Shown: one piece after another, positions 35,994 to 46,700 of the stretch
How positions within the stretch are numbered: the first letter of the stretch is position 1
Layout: every line of letters begins with the position of its first letter
From: Christensenellaceae bacterium
GTDB taxonomy: Bacteria > Bacillota > Clostridia > Christensenellales > CAG-138
Assembly (NCBI GenBank): GCA_963666935.1
Contig: OY762936.1
Coordinates: 1,283,949-1,347,948 of the forward strand
DNA length: 64,000 bases
Direction of reading: 5' to 3'
The notes under the pieces: model-generated
Databases searched by the model: none
Told to the model about the DNA's origin: nothing
Seen by the model: only the letters and a program-made list of their open reading frames with translations
Position numbers and translations under genes: made by a program

Positions 35994-36728
35994 ATGTCAG
36001 TTATTTCCATGAAGCAACTATTGGAGGCCGGCGTACACTTCGGCCACCAGACCCGCCGTTGGAACCCCAAGATGAAGGAATACATCTTCACCGAGCGCAA
36101 CGGCATCTACATCATCGATCTGCAGAAGACGGTGAAAAAGGCGGAAGAAGCATATAACTTCGTTCGCGAGCTCTCCGAAAACGGGGAAGATCTCTTGTTT
36201 ATCGGTACAAAGAAGCAGGCGCAGGAGTCCATTGAGCAGGAAGCTCGGCGCTGCGGCATGTACTTCGTAAGCCAGCGCTGGCTGGGCGGCATGCTCACCA
36301 ACTTCAAGACCATCCAAGCCCGCATTGGACGGCTGCGCAGGATCGAGAAGATGGAAGCAGACGGCGACTTTGCCCTGCTGCCCAAGAAGGAAGTTATCAA
36401 GCTTAAGGCCGAGCAGGCAAAGCTGGAAAAGAACCTTTCCGGTATCAAGGAAATGAAAAAGATTCCGGGTGCAGTATTTATCGTGGATCCCCGCAAGGAG
36501 CATATCGCCATACAAGAGGCTCGTACACTGGGAATTCCCGTGGTGGCCATCGTGGATACCAACTGCGATCCCGACGAGGTGGATTACCCTATCCCCGGCA
36601 ATGACGACGCTATCCGCGCGGTGAAGCTCATCTCTTCCAAGATGGCGGACGCCATTATTGAGGGCCGTCAGGGCGAACAGATGGAAGCGGCTGCCGCCAA
36701 CGAAGCGGAAGAAGCAGACGAGTTTTAA
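35994..36728 (+). CDS. rpsB: 30S ribosomal protein S2
   Basis: [30 protein letters not shown] 35994 follows GAGGAGG. The upstream part of ORF 35850.. is leader sequence. Confidence 0.96.
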   Translation: MSVISMKQLLEAGVHFGHQTRRWNPKMKEYIFTERNGIYIIDLQKTVKKAEEAYNFVRELSENGEDLLFIGTKKQAQESIEQEARRCGMYFVSQRWLGGMLTNFKTIQARIGRLRRIEKMEADGDFALLPKKEVIKLKAEQAKLEKNLSGIKEMKKIPGAVFIVDPRKEHIAIQEARTLGIPVVAIVDTNCDPDEVDYPIPGNDDAIRAVKLISSKMADAIIEGRQGEQMEAAAANEAEEADEF

Positions 36729-36763
36729 TATTGACTGTATCTGATCAGGAGGTTTATGCATAG

Positions 36764-37660
36764 ATGTTTACTGCGAAAGACGTAATGACGCTGCGCGAAA
36801 TGAGCGGAGCTGGCATGATGGACTGTAAAAAGGCCCTCGTAGAGTGCGATGGCGACATGGATAAGGCCATGGATTATCTCCGGGAAAAGAGCCTGGCCGC
36901 TTCCGCTAAGAAGGCTGCCCGCATCGCCGCGGAAGGCATTGTATCCGGATATGTATCCGACGATGCCAAGCTGGGCGTGATCGTGGAAGTGAATTGTGAG
37001 ACCGACTTTGTGGCCAATACCGACGACTTTAAGGCTTTGGTGGCCTCTGTGGCTAAGTTGATTGCACAAAAGAACCCTGCGGATGTGGACGCTCTGATGG
37101 CGACCGACTGCGGTGACGGCACCGTTTCCGACATGATTACCCGCGCTGTGGCCAAGATCGGCGAAAAGATTAGCATCCGCCGCTTTGCCCGTGGTGAAGT
37201 GCAAAACGGCTGCGTGGATACTTATATCCACTTGGGCGGCAAAATTGGCGTTCTCCTAGAGGTTGCTACGCCCGATCCCGAAAAGGTCAAGGCTGTTATC
37301 CACGACGTTTCCATGCACATTGCAGCGGCGAAGCCCACTTGCCTCAACCGCGACAACGTGAATCAGGAGGATCTGGAGAAAGAAAAAGAGATCCTTAAGG
37401 CGCAGGCGCTCAACGAGCCTAAGCCCAAGCCCATTAACATCATTGAAAAAATGGTGGAAGGCCGCATCGCCAAGTATCTTAAGGAAGTATGCCTGCTGGA
37501 GCAGCCTTTTGTAAAGGACCCTGACCAGAGCGTCGGCCAGATGCTGAAGGCTGCCGGCGACGTGGAGATCATCCGGTTCTATCGCTTTGAGATGGGCGAA
37601 GGCCTTGAAAAGCGTCAGGATAACTTTGCCGATGAAGTAATGGGACAGATGAATAAATAA
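36764..37660 (+). CDS. tsf: Translation elongation factor Ts
   Basis: [22 protein letters not shown]-like N-terminus and ...HIAA.KP... core. Confidence 0.95.
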   Translation: MFTAKDVMTLREMSGAGMMDCKKALVECDGDMDKAMDYLREKSLAASAKKAARIAAEGIVSGYVSDDAKLGVIVEVNCETDFVANTDDFKALVASVAKLIAQKNPADVDALMATDCGDGTVSDMITRAVAKIGEKISIRRFARGEVQNGCVDTYIHLGGKIGVLLEVATPDPEKVKAVIHDVSMHIAAAKPTCLNRDNVNQEDLEKEKEILKAQALNEPKPKPINIIEKMVEGRIAKYLKEVCLLEQPFVKDPDQSVGQMLKAAGDVEIIRFYRFEMGEGLEKRQDNFADEVMGQMNK

Positions 37661-37683
37661 AAGAAGACAAATAAGACGGTATA

Positions 37684-37714
37684 AAAAATCCCTCGGCGAC
37701 GCCGGGGGATTTTT
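37684..37714. terminator. Bidirectional terminator between tsf and convergent gtrA
   Basis: AAAAATCCCTCGGC-GAC-GCCGGGGGATTTTT, a 14-bp stem (one G-U pair) with A/T runs on both sides. Confidence 0.75.
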
Positions 37715-38126
37715 AATCTCGAAAAGCGAAGAAGCGCTGACCTAGGTAATTGACGACGGAGGAGAGGAACATTCCCGCCATCATGGCGAGGTCGTCCCGC
37801 ATAGTCAGCGTGAGATCGGAGAGGATCCAGCGGACCAGCGGCTTTGCAAAGCCGAACCCCACGAAATACGCCGCTACGGTTACAATGAGGTAGGGTACTA
37901 CCTGCTTGATGAAACGGCCCTTACTTTTAAAGGTGAAGTATTTGTTGAGAATAAAGTCGCATATGCACATCACCACATAATTGGCCGCTGTGGAAAACCA
38001 ATAGCTCAGGTGCAGCAAGTTATAGAGCACAAACATAATGGCGGCACCGAGAACGGTGTTAAAGAGCCCAACCATAGCAAAGCGAAAAATTGAGGAATCC
38101 AACCATTTTTTTGCGGGCTCTTTCAT
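37713..38126 (-). CDS. GtrA-family membrane protein
   Basis: FRFAMVGLFNTVLGAAIMFVL N-terminal GtrA motif, 4 TM helices. AAGGAGAG lies 7 nt before the ATG. Confidence 0.75.
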   Translation of the reverse strand: MKEPAKKWLDSSIFRFAMVGLFNTVLGAAIMFVLYNLLHLSYWFSTAANYVVMCICDFILNKYFTFKSKGRFIKQVVPYLIVTVAAYFVGFGFAKPLVRWILSDLTLTMRDDLAMMAGMFLSSVVNYLGQRFFAFRD

Positions 38127-38242
38127 GCAGTCACTCTCCTTACACGCCTTCTATTGTATGAAAAATTGCGGCGTTCGTCAATAAGTTTGAGTAGAAGCGT
38201 ATCGGTAAATATGATACAATACAGAAAAACAAAAGGAAAGAA

Positions 38243-38965
38243 ATGAATATGACGAATGGATTGCGATACAGGCGAATCTCCCTGAAGCTTTCTGGCGAGG
38301 CCATGGGCGGCAACGGGGAAACGCTGGACTTTTTAAAGGTTGAGGAGATCGCGCTCCAGCTCCTTCGGCTACAGGAATACGGTGTGGAGATGGGCGTTAC
38401 CATTGGCGGTGGAAATATATGGCGCGGCCGCTCCGGCGGAAAGATGGAGCGAAACCGGGCCGACCATATGGGAATGTTGGCCACGGTGATCAACGCCCTT
38501 GCGTTGCAGGACTGCCTTTTGCAGCTAGGTGCTCCAACACTTGTGCTTTCCTCGGTGGACATGCCTCGCGTTGCGGACAATTATTCTTCTCGGGCGGCCA
38601 GGGCCGCGCTGGGTATGGGCAAGATTGTGATTTTCGCGGGCGGGAGCGGCCTCCCTTTCTTTTCTACGGACACCGCGGCGGCGCTTAAGGCTGCGGAAAT
38701 CGACGCGGATGTGCTGCTTCTCGCCAAGAACGTGGATGCGATTTACTCAGCGGATCCCAAAGTGGATCCAAATGCCGTGCGCTACAGCCACCTAAGCTAC
38801 GACCAAGTTATAAAAAACGAACTGAAAGCCGCGGATCTTACTGCCATTACGATTTGCAGGGGGCAAAACATTCCCATTTTGGCGTTTGCCATGGCGGGAA
38901 ACGACAACATCCTGCGTGCGGTGAAAGGTGAACAAATTGGCACGCTGATTGACAACCAAGGATGA
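38243..38965 (+). CDS. pyrH: UMP kinase
   Basis: YRRISLKLSGEAM, GGGNIWRG, and FAGGSGLPFFSTDTAAAL motifs. Confidence 0.95.
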   Translation: MNMTNGLRYRRISLKLSGEAMGGNGETLDFLKVEEIALQLLRLQEYGVEMGVTIGGGNIWRGRSGGKMERNRADHMGMLATVINALALQDCLLQLGAPTLVLSSVDMPRVADNYSSRAARAALGMGKIVIFAGGSGLPFFSTDTAAALKAAEIDADVLLLAKNVDAIYSADPKVDPNAVRYSHLSYDQVIKNELKAADLTAITICRGQNIPILAFAMAGNDNILRAVKGEQIGTLIDNQG

Positions 38966-39026
38966 GGTTTAGTAAAATAAATTCGATGCACAAAGGGAAT
39001 GAAAGTTCAAAACAGGAGGCAAGACG

Positions 39027-39578
39027 ATGGATACTGTTGCAATTGCAAAGGATAAAATGATGAAGACCATTGGAGTGCTGGAACGGGAACTGGCCGGGCT
39101 TCGTGCGGGTCGGGCTAATCCTCAGGCGCTGGATCGCATTATGGCGAATTATTACGGTACACCCACCCCCATTAACCAGATGGGCAACATTTCCTCACCA
39201 GAGCCAAGACTGCTAACGATCACTCCATATGATGCATCCATGATCAAGGAGATTGAGAAGGCGATCCAGAAATCGGATCTGGGCATCAACCCCGCCAATG
39301 ACGGCAAGTTTATCCGGCTGGTGTTCCCTGAACTCACGGAAGAGCGCCGCAGAGAACTTGTGAAGGTTGTGCACAAGAAAGGTGAAGAGGTCAAGGTAGC
39401 CATTCGTTCTATTCGCCGGGATGCGAACGACCACATCGACAAGCAGAAAAAGGACGGAGAGCTTACCGAGGACGACCAGAAACAGATGAAGGATCAGGTG
39501 CAGAAGGTTACAGATTCTTACATCAAGGACATCGACAAGATCCTCGCCGACAAGGAAAAGGAGATACTTGCGGTTTGA
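39027..39578 (+). CDS. frr: Ribosome recycling factor
   Basis: [14 protein letters not shown]...YYG..TP and ...[10 protein letters not shown] motifs. Confidence 0.95.
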   Translation: MDTVAIAKDKMMKTIGVLERELAGLRAGRANPQALDRIMANYYGTPTPINQMGNISSPEPRLLTITPYDASMIKEIEKAIQKSDLGINPANDGKFIRLVFPELTEERRRELVKVVHKKGEEVKVAIRSIRRDANDHIDKQKKDGELTEDDQKQMKDQVQKVTDSYIKDIDKILADKEKEILAV

Positions 39579-39769
39579 TTTCCGTATTGGGATATGAGCT
39601 TGCCCACGCCATTGAACTGCTGGAAGCGGAAGGCTATACGGTGACCTGTGTGGAAACCCGCAGCCGCAAAGGGGTGGAAGGCAACGAAGCGCGGGTGGTG
39701 CGGGAACGTATTTCACACGGCCAAGCTGAACTGGTTTACGCGGTCTTTTTGACCGAAATTGGGGGATAG
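39575..39769 (+). CDS. Hypothetical 64-aa protein, translationally coupled to frr
   Basis: TTG 39575 overlaps the frr TGA (39576-39578). Sequence [24 protein letters not shown]... resembles a small PASTA-like alpha/beta module by eye only. Confidence 0.35.
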   Translation: MISVLGYELAHAIELLEAEGYTVTCVETRSRKGVEGNEARVVRERISHGQAELVYAVFLTEIGG

Positions 39770-39815
39770 GGGAAAGCTATCCCTCTTTTCATCATAGAAT
39801 AGGGACTGGAGCATT

Positions 39816-40535
39816 ATGGCGAGAATTGATCCGAAGACGCTGGGTTTGGCACCGTCGCTACCCGGGCATGTTGGCATCATCATGGACGGCAACGGACGCT
39901 GGGCCACAAAACGCGGACTCCCCCGTAAACTGGGGCACCGGGCAGGCTTGGAGCGGCTTCGCGGTCTGATTCGGCTGTCCTCAGACATGGGCATTGAGGT
40001 GCTTTCGCTTTACGCTTTTTCCACGGAAAACTGGAAACGGGGTGAGATGGAGCTTCGCGCGCTGTTCGCCCTGTTTATGGAGTACTTCCTTTCTGAGCTG
40101 GAGGAGCTACACAAAGAGAACGTATGCATCCGTATTTTGGGAGACATGAGCGCCTTTTCACAAAATATGCAGCGGGCCATGGCGGAGGCCGAGGCAAAGA
40201 CCCGGGCGAACACGGGGCTGAAGCTGAACATTGCCCTCAATTATGGCAGTCGGGCGGAAGTTGTGCGGGCGGTGAACCTGCTGATAAAAAAGGGAGAAGA
40301 GGCGGACGATGCGGCGCTTATGGGAGCGCTATACACCGCAGGACTTCCCGATGTGGATCTAGTGATCCGCACAGCGGGAGAGCAGCGCCTCTCCAATTTT
40401 ATGCTGCTGCAGGCAGCCTACGCGGAGCTTGTGTTTGCCCCGGAGACCTTTCCGGATTTTTCGGACGAAGCGTATATCCGCTGCATCAAGGAATTTCAGA
40501 CGCGCACACGAAGGTTTGGCGCGGTGGTGGAGTAA
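39816..40535 (+). CDS. uppS: Undecaprenyl-diphosphate synthase (isoprenyl transferase)
   Basis: HVGIIMDGNGRWA, ...YAFSTENW.R, ...IRTAGEQRLSNF. Confidence 0.95.
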   Translation: MARIDPKTLGLAPSLPGHVGIIMDGNGRWATKRGLPRKLGHRAGLERLRGLIRLSSDMGIEVLSLYAFSTENWKRGEMELRALFALFMEYFLSELEELHKENVCIRILGDMSAFSQNMQRAMAEAEAKTRANTGLKLNIALNYGSRAEVVRAVNLLIKKGEEADDAALMGALYTAGLPDVDLVIRTAGEQRLSNFMLLQAAYAELVFAPETFPDFSDEAYIRCIKEFQTRTRRFGAVVE

Positions 40536-40538
40536 ACT

Positions 40539-41678
40539 ATGAAAAGAATTGCGGTGCTAGGTTCCACAGGCTCCATCGGAAGGCAAACGCTGGACGTGGT
40601 GCGGGCGAACCCGGATGAATTTAAAATCATTGCCCTTTGCGCGGGTACCAACGCGGCGCTCCTCGCCCGGCAGGCGGAGGAATTTTGCCCTGTGTACCTC
40701 GGCATGACGGAGGAAACGGCCCATAGTGCGCTTATGGCCAACCATGTGCGGGGCGAGCTGATTGTTGGCCCCATGGCGGCGGAAACCATTGCGTCGCTGC
40801 CAGAGGCGGATTTGATCGTAAACGGCATCAGCGGGTTTTCCGGCATGGCACCGCTGCTTGCGGCGCTGGAGGCGGAAAAGACCGTTGCGCTGGCCAACAA
40901 GGAGAGCATCGTTTGCGCCCACGCGCTGGTGGATGAAGCCCTGAAGCGGGGCGGGCAGATTTTGCCAGTGGACAGCGAGCAGAGCGCCATCTTCCAGTGC
41001 CTGCAGGCGGGAAGGAAAGAGGACATTGCGCGGCTGATTCTCACCGCTTCCGGCGGCCCTTTCTGGAACCTTACCAAAGAACAGCTTCGAGAAGTTTCGC
41101 CTGAGCAGGCGGGAAAGCACCCCACTTGGAACATGGGGAAAAAGATTACTATCGACTCGGCCAGTCTCTTCAACAAGGGGCTGGAGATTATGGAGGCCAG
41201 CTATCTTTTCGGCATCGGCGGCGAACGGATTTCCGTACTGGTACATCCGGAATCCATCGTACATTCTCTGGTAGAATATCAGGACGGCAGTACGCTGGCA
41301 CAGCTGTCACGGCCGGATATGCGCTTAGCCATCCAGTACGCGCTGACCTATCCGCACAGGCAGCCTTCCGATTTTGGCAGGCTGCGGTTGGAGGAGGCGG
41401 GAACGCTCACCTTCTTCGCGCCGGATAGAGACCGATTCCCGGCGATTCCGCTGGCTTATGAAGCACTCCGGGAAGGAGCGGTGCTGCCCATCGTATACAA
41501 CGGCGCCAACGAGGCGGCGGTGGCGGCATTTTTAAGGGGGGAAATACGCTTTACGGACATTTCCGTATGCGTGGAATATGCTATGGCGCACATCCGGGCA
41601 CAGAGGCCCAAATGCGCAGGCGACATCTATGAAATTGACAGACAGGCGAGGGAGCTCGCCGGAAAGGCAAACCATTGA
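40539..41678 (+). CDS. dxr: 1-deoxy-D-xylulose-5-phosphate reductoisomerase
   Basis: IAVLGSTGSIG NADPH motif, LANKESIV, SGGPF, and HPTWNMG. Confidence 0.95.
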   Translation: MKRIAVLGSTGSIGRQTLDVVRANPDEFKIIALCAGTNAALLARQAEEFCPVYLGMTEETAHSALMANHVRGELIVGPMAAETIASLPEADLIVNGISGFSGMAPLLAALEAEKTVALANKESIVCAHALVDEALKRGGQILPVDSEQSAIFQCLQAGRKEDIARLILTASGGPFWNLTKEQLREVSPEQAGKHPTWNMGKKITIDSASLFNKGLEIMEASYLFGIGGERISVLVHPESIVHSLVEYQDGSTLAQLSRPDMRLAIQYALTYPHRQPSDFGRLRLEEAGTLTFFAPDRDRFPAIPLAYEALREGAVLPIVYNGANEAAVAAFLRGEIRFTDISVCVEYAMAHIRAQRPKCAGDIYEIDRQARELAGKANH

Positions 41679-42709
41679 CAAGCGTAATTTCAATTATTGG
41701 CGCACTGCTGGTGCTGACGGCACTGGTATTCGTGCATGAACTGGGACATTATACGGCGGGCCGGATCCTTGGGTTCCGGATTCTTGAATTTGCCATCGGC
41801 ATGGGGCCCGTGATCCTGCACAAGGAAGTGGGCGGGATCAGCTATGCTGTGCGGCTGCTCCCCATCGGCGGGAGCTGCAAGTTCCACGGGGAGGACGAGG
41901 GCGTTTCAGATTCCACCTCCTTCAATGCGCAGAAGGTTTGGAAGCGCATGATCGTGGTGCTGGCGGGACCGTTTATGAACGTGGTATTCGCCGTGCTCAT
42001 CGCCATGGCTATTTTGATGAGTTATGGGGATTACATGGGCGAGATTCTGGAATTTAACAAGGAGAACGCCCCGGCGCAGGAGGCCGGAATGCAGGTGGGG
42101 GATGTGATTGTGGCCATAGATGGCAAGGAGATCATGTACTACGCCTTGACCATTGACGCCATTATGGCTGCGGACAGCGACGAGGCGCGCATTACCGTGC
42201 TGCGGGATGGGGAGCGGCTTACCTTCACAGCACACAACATCTACGACCAGACACAAGGGAAAAACGTGCTGGGCATCACCATATCGCCCGTGCGCATCAG
42301 CTACGGATTTTTTGGCGCTGCAAAACACTCGGTGGCTTACGTTTGGGCCATGCTGCAAGAGATGCTTCGCTTTTTGGGCAGCATATTCACCCAAGGCATA
42401 AGCCGGGGAGAAATTGCGGGTCCAGTGGGAACCATCAGCATCATCGGCCAGGCGGTGCGGGATGGGGTTGAAACGGTACTTCGCATCGGCGTGCTCATCA
42501 GCGCAAACCTGGCGCTGATCAATGTGCTACCTCTGCCTGCGCTGGACGGGGGCCGGTTTATATTTATGGTGGTGGAGCTCATACGGGGCAAACCGGTGCC
42601 GCCGGAAGCGGAAGGCAAAATTCACTTCGCGGGGCTGATGCTGCTTTTTGCGGTGCTCATCTTGCTGACGGTGCAGGATATTTCCACGATCATAGGAGGA
42701 TTCAGATGA
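41675..42709 (+). CDS. rseP: RIP site-2 zinc metalloprotease RseP/RasP
   Basis: HELGHY zinc motif in TM1, central PDZ domain (GMQVGDVIVAIDG), and C-terminal NLLPLPALDGG motif. Confidence 0.92.
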   Translation: MTSVISIIGALLVLTALVFVHELGHYTAGRILGFRILEFAIGMGPVILHKEVGGISYAVRLLPIGGSCKFHGEDEGVSDSTSFNAQKVWKRMIVVLAGPFMNVVFAVLIAMAILMSYGDYMGEILEFNKENAPAQEAGMQVGDVIVAIDGKEIMYYALTIDAIMAADSDEARITVLRDGERLTFTAHNIYDQTQGKNVLGITISPVRISYGFFGAAKHSVAYVWAMLQEMLRFLGSIFTQGISRGEIAGPVGTISIIGQAVRDGVETVLRIGVLISANLALINVLPLPALDGGRFIFMVVELIRGKPVPPEAEGKIHFAGLMLLFAVLILLTVQDISTIIGGFR

Positions 42710-43755
42710 CCAAACGCGTGATGGTGGGGGCTGTGCCCATCGGAGGAGGCGCACCCGTTAGCATCCAATCCATGACTAATACAGATATGGCGGATGTTGC
42801 CGCTACCGTAAACCAGATCCTGGGCCTGGAGGCAGCTGGCTGCGAGATCGTACGCGCATCGGTATACGACGAGGCCTGTGCCAAAGCCATCGGTGAAATC
42901 AAAAGACAGATTCACATTCCCCTCGTAGCGGATATCCATTTTGATTACCGTCTGGCAATTGCCGCCGTGGAAAACGGCGCGGACAAGCTGCGGTTCAACC
43001 CGGGGAACATCGGGGGTGAGGCAAAGGTGCGGGAACTGACGGCCGCGGCAAAAGAGCATGGCGTGCCCATTCGCATCGGTGTCAACGCGGGCTCACTGGA
43101 AAAGGACCTTCTGCGGCGCTATGGGGGGCCTACACCGGAGGCCATGGTAGAAAGCGCTCTAAACCACACGGCGATTTTAGAGCGGGAGAATTTTGAAGAG
43201 ATCATCATCTCCCTCAAGGCATCCAACGTGCGTGATACGGTTTCGGCCAATCGGCTGATTCGAACCCGGTGCAGCTACCCGTTACACATCGGCATTACAG
43301 AGGCGGGAGCGGGGGAAAGCGCTGTGGTGAAATCCGCCTGCGGCCTGGGCGCCCTGCTGATGGACGGCATTGGCGATACCATACGGGTTTCCATTACCGG
43401 AGATCCTGTACAGGAAGTAGAGGCCGCAAAGCTGATCCTCAAATCCATGGGCCTTCGCAAAAAGGGCTTAGAGGTGATTTCCTGCCCCACCTGCGGACGA
43501 ACCTGCATAGACCTTCTTGCCGCGGTGCAAAAGGTGGAACGGGAGCTTCATGTGGAAGAAGGATATTTGAAGGTGGCGGTGATGGGGTGCGTGGTAAACG
43601 GCCCCGGCGAGGCTAGAGAAGCGGATATCGGTGTGGCATTCGGCAAAAGCGGCTGCGCCATGTTCAAGAACGGGGCACAGTACCGGACGGTGCCCATGGA
43701 GACTGCTGTGGACGAACTGATTCAAGATGCAAAGGAGCTGCTCAAAGAGCGTTAA
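42706..43755 (+). CDS. ispG: 4-hydroxy-3-methylbut-2-en-1-yl diphosphate synthase (flavodoxin-type) IspG
   Basis: VSIQSMTNT, ADIHFDYRLA, RFNPGNIG, and SCPTCGR...GCVVNGPGE Fe-S motif. Confidence 0.95.
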   Translation: MTKRVMVGAVPIGGGAPVSIQSMTNTDMADVAATVNQILGLEAAGCEIVRASVYDEACAKAIGEIKRQIHIPLVADIHFDYRLAIAAVENGADKLRFNPGNIGGEAKVRELTAAAKEHGVPIRIGVNAGSLEKDLLRRYGGPTPEAMVESALNHTAILERENFEEIIISLKASNVRDTVSANRLIRTRCSYPLHIGITEAGAGESAVVKSACGLGALLMDGIGDTIRVSITGDPVQEVEAAKLILKSMGLRKKGLEVISCPTCGRTCIDLLAAVQKVERELHVEEGYLKVAVMGCVVNGPGEAREADIGVAFGKSGCAMFKNGAQYRTVPMETAVDELIQDAKELLKER

Positions 43756-43764
43756 TCGGAATAG

Positions 43765-46700
43765 ATGGAAGAGGGATTGAAAGAACTGTTTGAACGTGCG
43801 GGCATCGTGGGGGCGGAATTGCTGGATGCTCGGCTCATCAAATCAGAACAAAAGCTCGCGGTGACAATTAGAACCAGCGGGCTTGTGTCAATGCAGAAAA
43901 TTGAGGCGGCCAAGGCCGCCGTGAAAGAGGCATCCGGTTTTGAGGCGGAGCTGCACCTATGTTGCGAGGGCGTGGAAGAGAAGCTATGCATGAACGACAA
44001 GGCTACGCTTAACGTGCTGAAGGACGCATGGGGGAGAATTCTACCTGTGGCGCGGCCCGCGCTTGCTTCTTCTTGCTGGCAATGGCAGGAGGGCGTGCTT
44101 ATGGTATCCGTGGCGAAGGGATTTTCTGCGCTGGCGGACAAGCCGGAATGGGTGCGTGCGGCGGAGAAGCTTTTTGCATCCGCTTATGGCATGAACCTCA
44201 AAATACGGGTGATCGAGGATGCGCAGATCCAACCGGAGCTGCCTCAAAGCCAGCCGGAGCCGAAACCTGTTCAAAGGAAAAAGGCCGAGCGACAGCCGGC
44301 CGACGCGGAGAAGGCCAAAGTGATATTGGGTAAGGCGATCAAGAAATCCGCGATACACAAGCAGCATGAGCTTGTAGAGAGCATGGGCACGGTTACCATT
44401 TCTGGCGAGGTGCTCTCCATAGAGACCATGGCGCGAAAGGGCGGTGGAAACATCCTCACCGTCATCATCAGCGATCATACCGGCACGCTACCCTGCAAGC
44501 TGTTTTTGGAAGTTTCCGATACAAAGACGGCCAAGGCACTTCAAAGCGTAAAGGAGCGGGGAGATTACCTTGTGGTTTCCGGCCGCTATGGCATGGATCA
44601 ATGGCTCAAGCGCATGTGTGTCTATCCCAAAGATATCGGATATATGGCGGTTCTTCCCAGAATGGACAGGGCTACGGAGAAACGGGTGGAACTGCACTTG
44701 CATACCAAGATGTCCGCCATGGACGGGTTGCTGAATGTGAAGGAGGCGGTGAAGACCGCTGCCCGGTGGGGGCATAAAGCCGTAGCCATTACCGACCACG
44801 GCGTAGTGCACGCCTTTCCGGACGCGGTGAACGCCGCCAAAAAGTGTGGAATCAAGGCGCTTCTGGGTGTGGAGGGATACCTGCTGCCGGACAGCGAACT
44901 CATTGAAAGACCCCGGGAATACACGGCGATTTACGTAACCATGGCAGACGGAATCAAGCTGCCGGAGGTATTCGAGATTGCCGCATGTCGCTTTACGGAA
45001 AACGAAATCCTCGACGCCATGGATGTGCTGGTGGATACTGGCGCGCTGCTGTCGCAGTCGCTGGCGACGGAAACAGGCCTTACCATAGAAATGCTGCATA
45101 CGGGGGTGCCCATAGCGGAGGCGCTTGGAACGCTTATACAATTCGCCGGAGAGTCCGTGAAAGTGCTCCATGACGCACAGCAGCTTAAGGCCCTTTATGA
45201 ATACGGCCTGCGCTTCAACATGGAGCTGAACTCCAAGTTGGTGAGCACGGGTATGCTTTCGCACTACCTTCACAGAGAAGTGAAGGAGCCCACGCTTTTA
45301 GCCATGTGCAAAAAGGACGGAATACTTTGCGGCGGCCGGGCGAAGGATCGGGCGGCGGCTACGGCCAGACTGATGCAGAATCTTTTGCGCACGCTCGACG
45401 GCAAAGGTGTTACGACATTACCCCTGACGAATGCGGTTCCTGCGGAAAAGGTTAAGGGAAAGCGGGGCAACTACCATATCATACTGCTGGCGAAGAATCC
45501 GGAAGGATTGAAAAACCTATACCGTCTGGTATCTTACGCCCATATGGAATATCTGAAAAAAGTTCCGCAGATTCCACGAAGCCTTCTTTCGGTGTACCGA
45601 GAAGGGCTGATTGTGGGCTCGGCATGCGAGGCAGGGGAGTTGTTCCGCGCGCTGCTTTCCGGCGCAGGGGAAGAGCGGCTCATGCAAGTGGCGCAGATGT
45701 ACGACTTCTTAGAGATACAACCTATCGCCAACAATGGATTTTTGATGCGCAACGGTACCGTTGCGGACGACGATGGCCTTAGGGAACTGAACCGCCGGAT
45801 TGTGGCGCTTGGAGAGCGGATGGGCAAACCTGTGGTGGCCACGGGCGATGTGCATTTTTTGGAGCCGGATCACGCAATTTTCCGCAGCATTATCATGCAT
45901 GCGAGGGGATTTGAGGACGCGGAGGAACAGGCGCCGCTGTACTTTAAAACCACGGATGAGATGCTGGAAGAGTTTTCCTATCTGGGAGAGGAGAAGGCCA
46001 TGGAAGTCGTGGTCGAGAATCCCGGCCACATTGCGGACAGCTGCGAGAATCTCAAACCGTTCCTTTCGGAGAAAAGCACCTATGCGCCCACCTTTCCGGG
46101 CGCCAACGAGGAGCTGCGAGATATGGCCCTTGTACGTGCCCATGAGATCTACGGCGACACGCTGCCTGATGTGGTGCAAAAGCGGCTGGACAAGGAGCTC
46201 AATTCCATCATCGGCAACGGATACGCTTCCCTTTACCTCATGGCCCAGCGGCTGGTATACAAATCCTTAAACGACGGGTATCTTGTGGGGTCTCGGGGTT
46301 CCGTTGGGTCTTCCTTAGTGGCGCATTTGGCGGGTATTACCGAGGTGAATGCTTTGCAGCCCCACTACGTTTGCCCCAGCTGTCGCCACAGCGACTTTGA
46401 CGTGGATCGCAGCAAATACGCCTGCGGCGTGGACATGCCGGACAAAGATTGCCCAGTATGTGGTGCAAAATACAAAAAGCTGGGGTATGAGATTCCCTTT
46501 GAGGTCTTTTTAGGCTTCAAGGGCGACAAGACTCCGGATATTGACTTGAATTTTTCCGGCGAGTATCAGCCAGTGGCCCATAAATTTACGGAAACAATGT
46601 TTGGCGAGGGGCATGCCTTCCGGGCGGGCACTATTTCCGGCGTGAAGGACAAAACCGTATACGGCTACGTAAAGGCCTACTGCGAGGACAACGGAATTCA

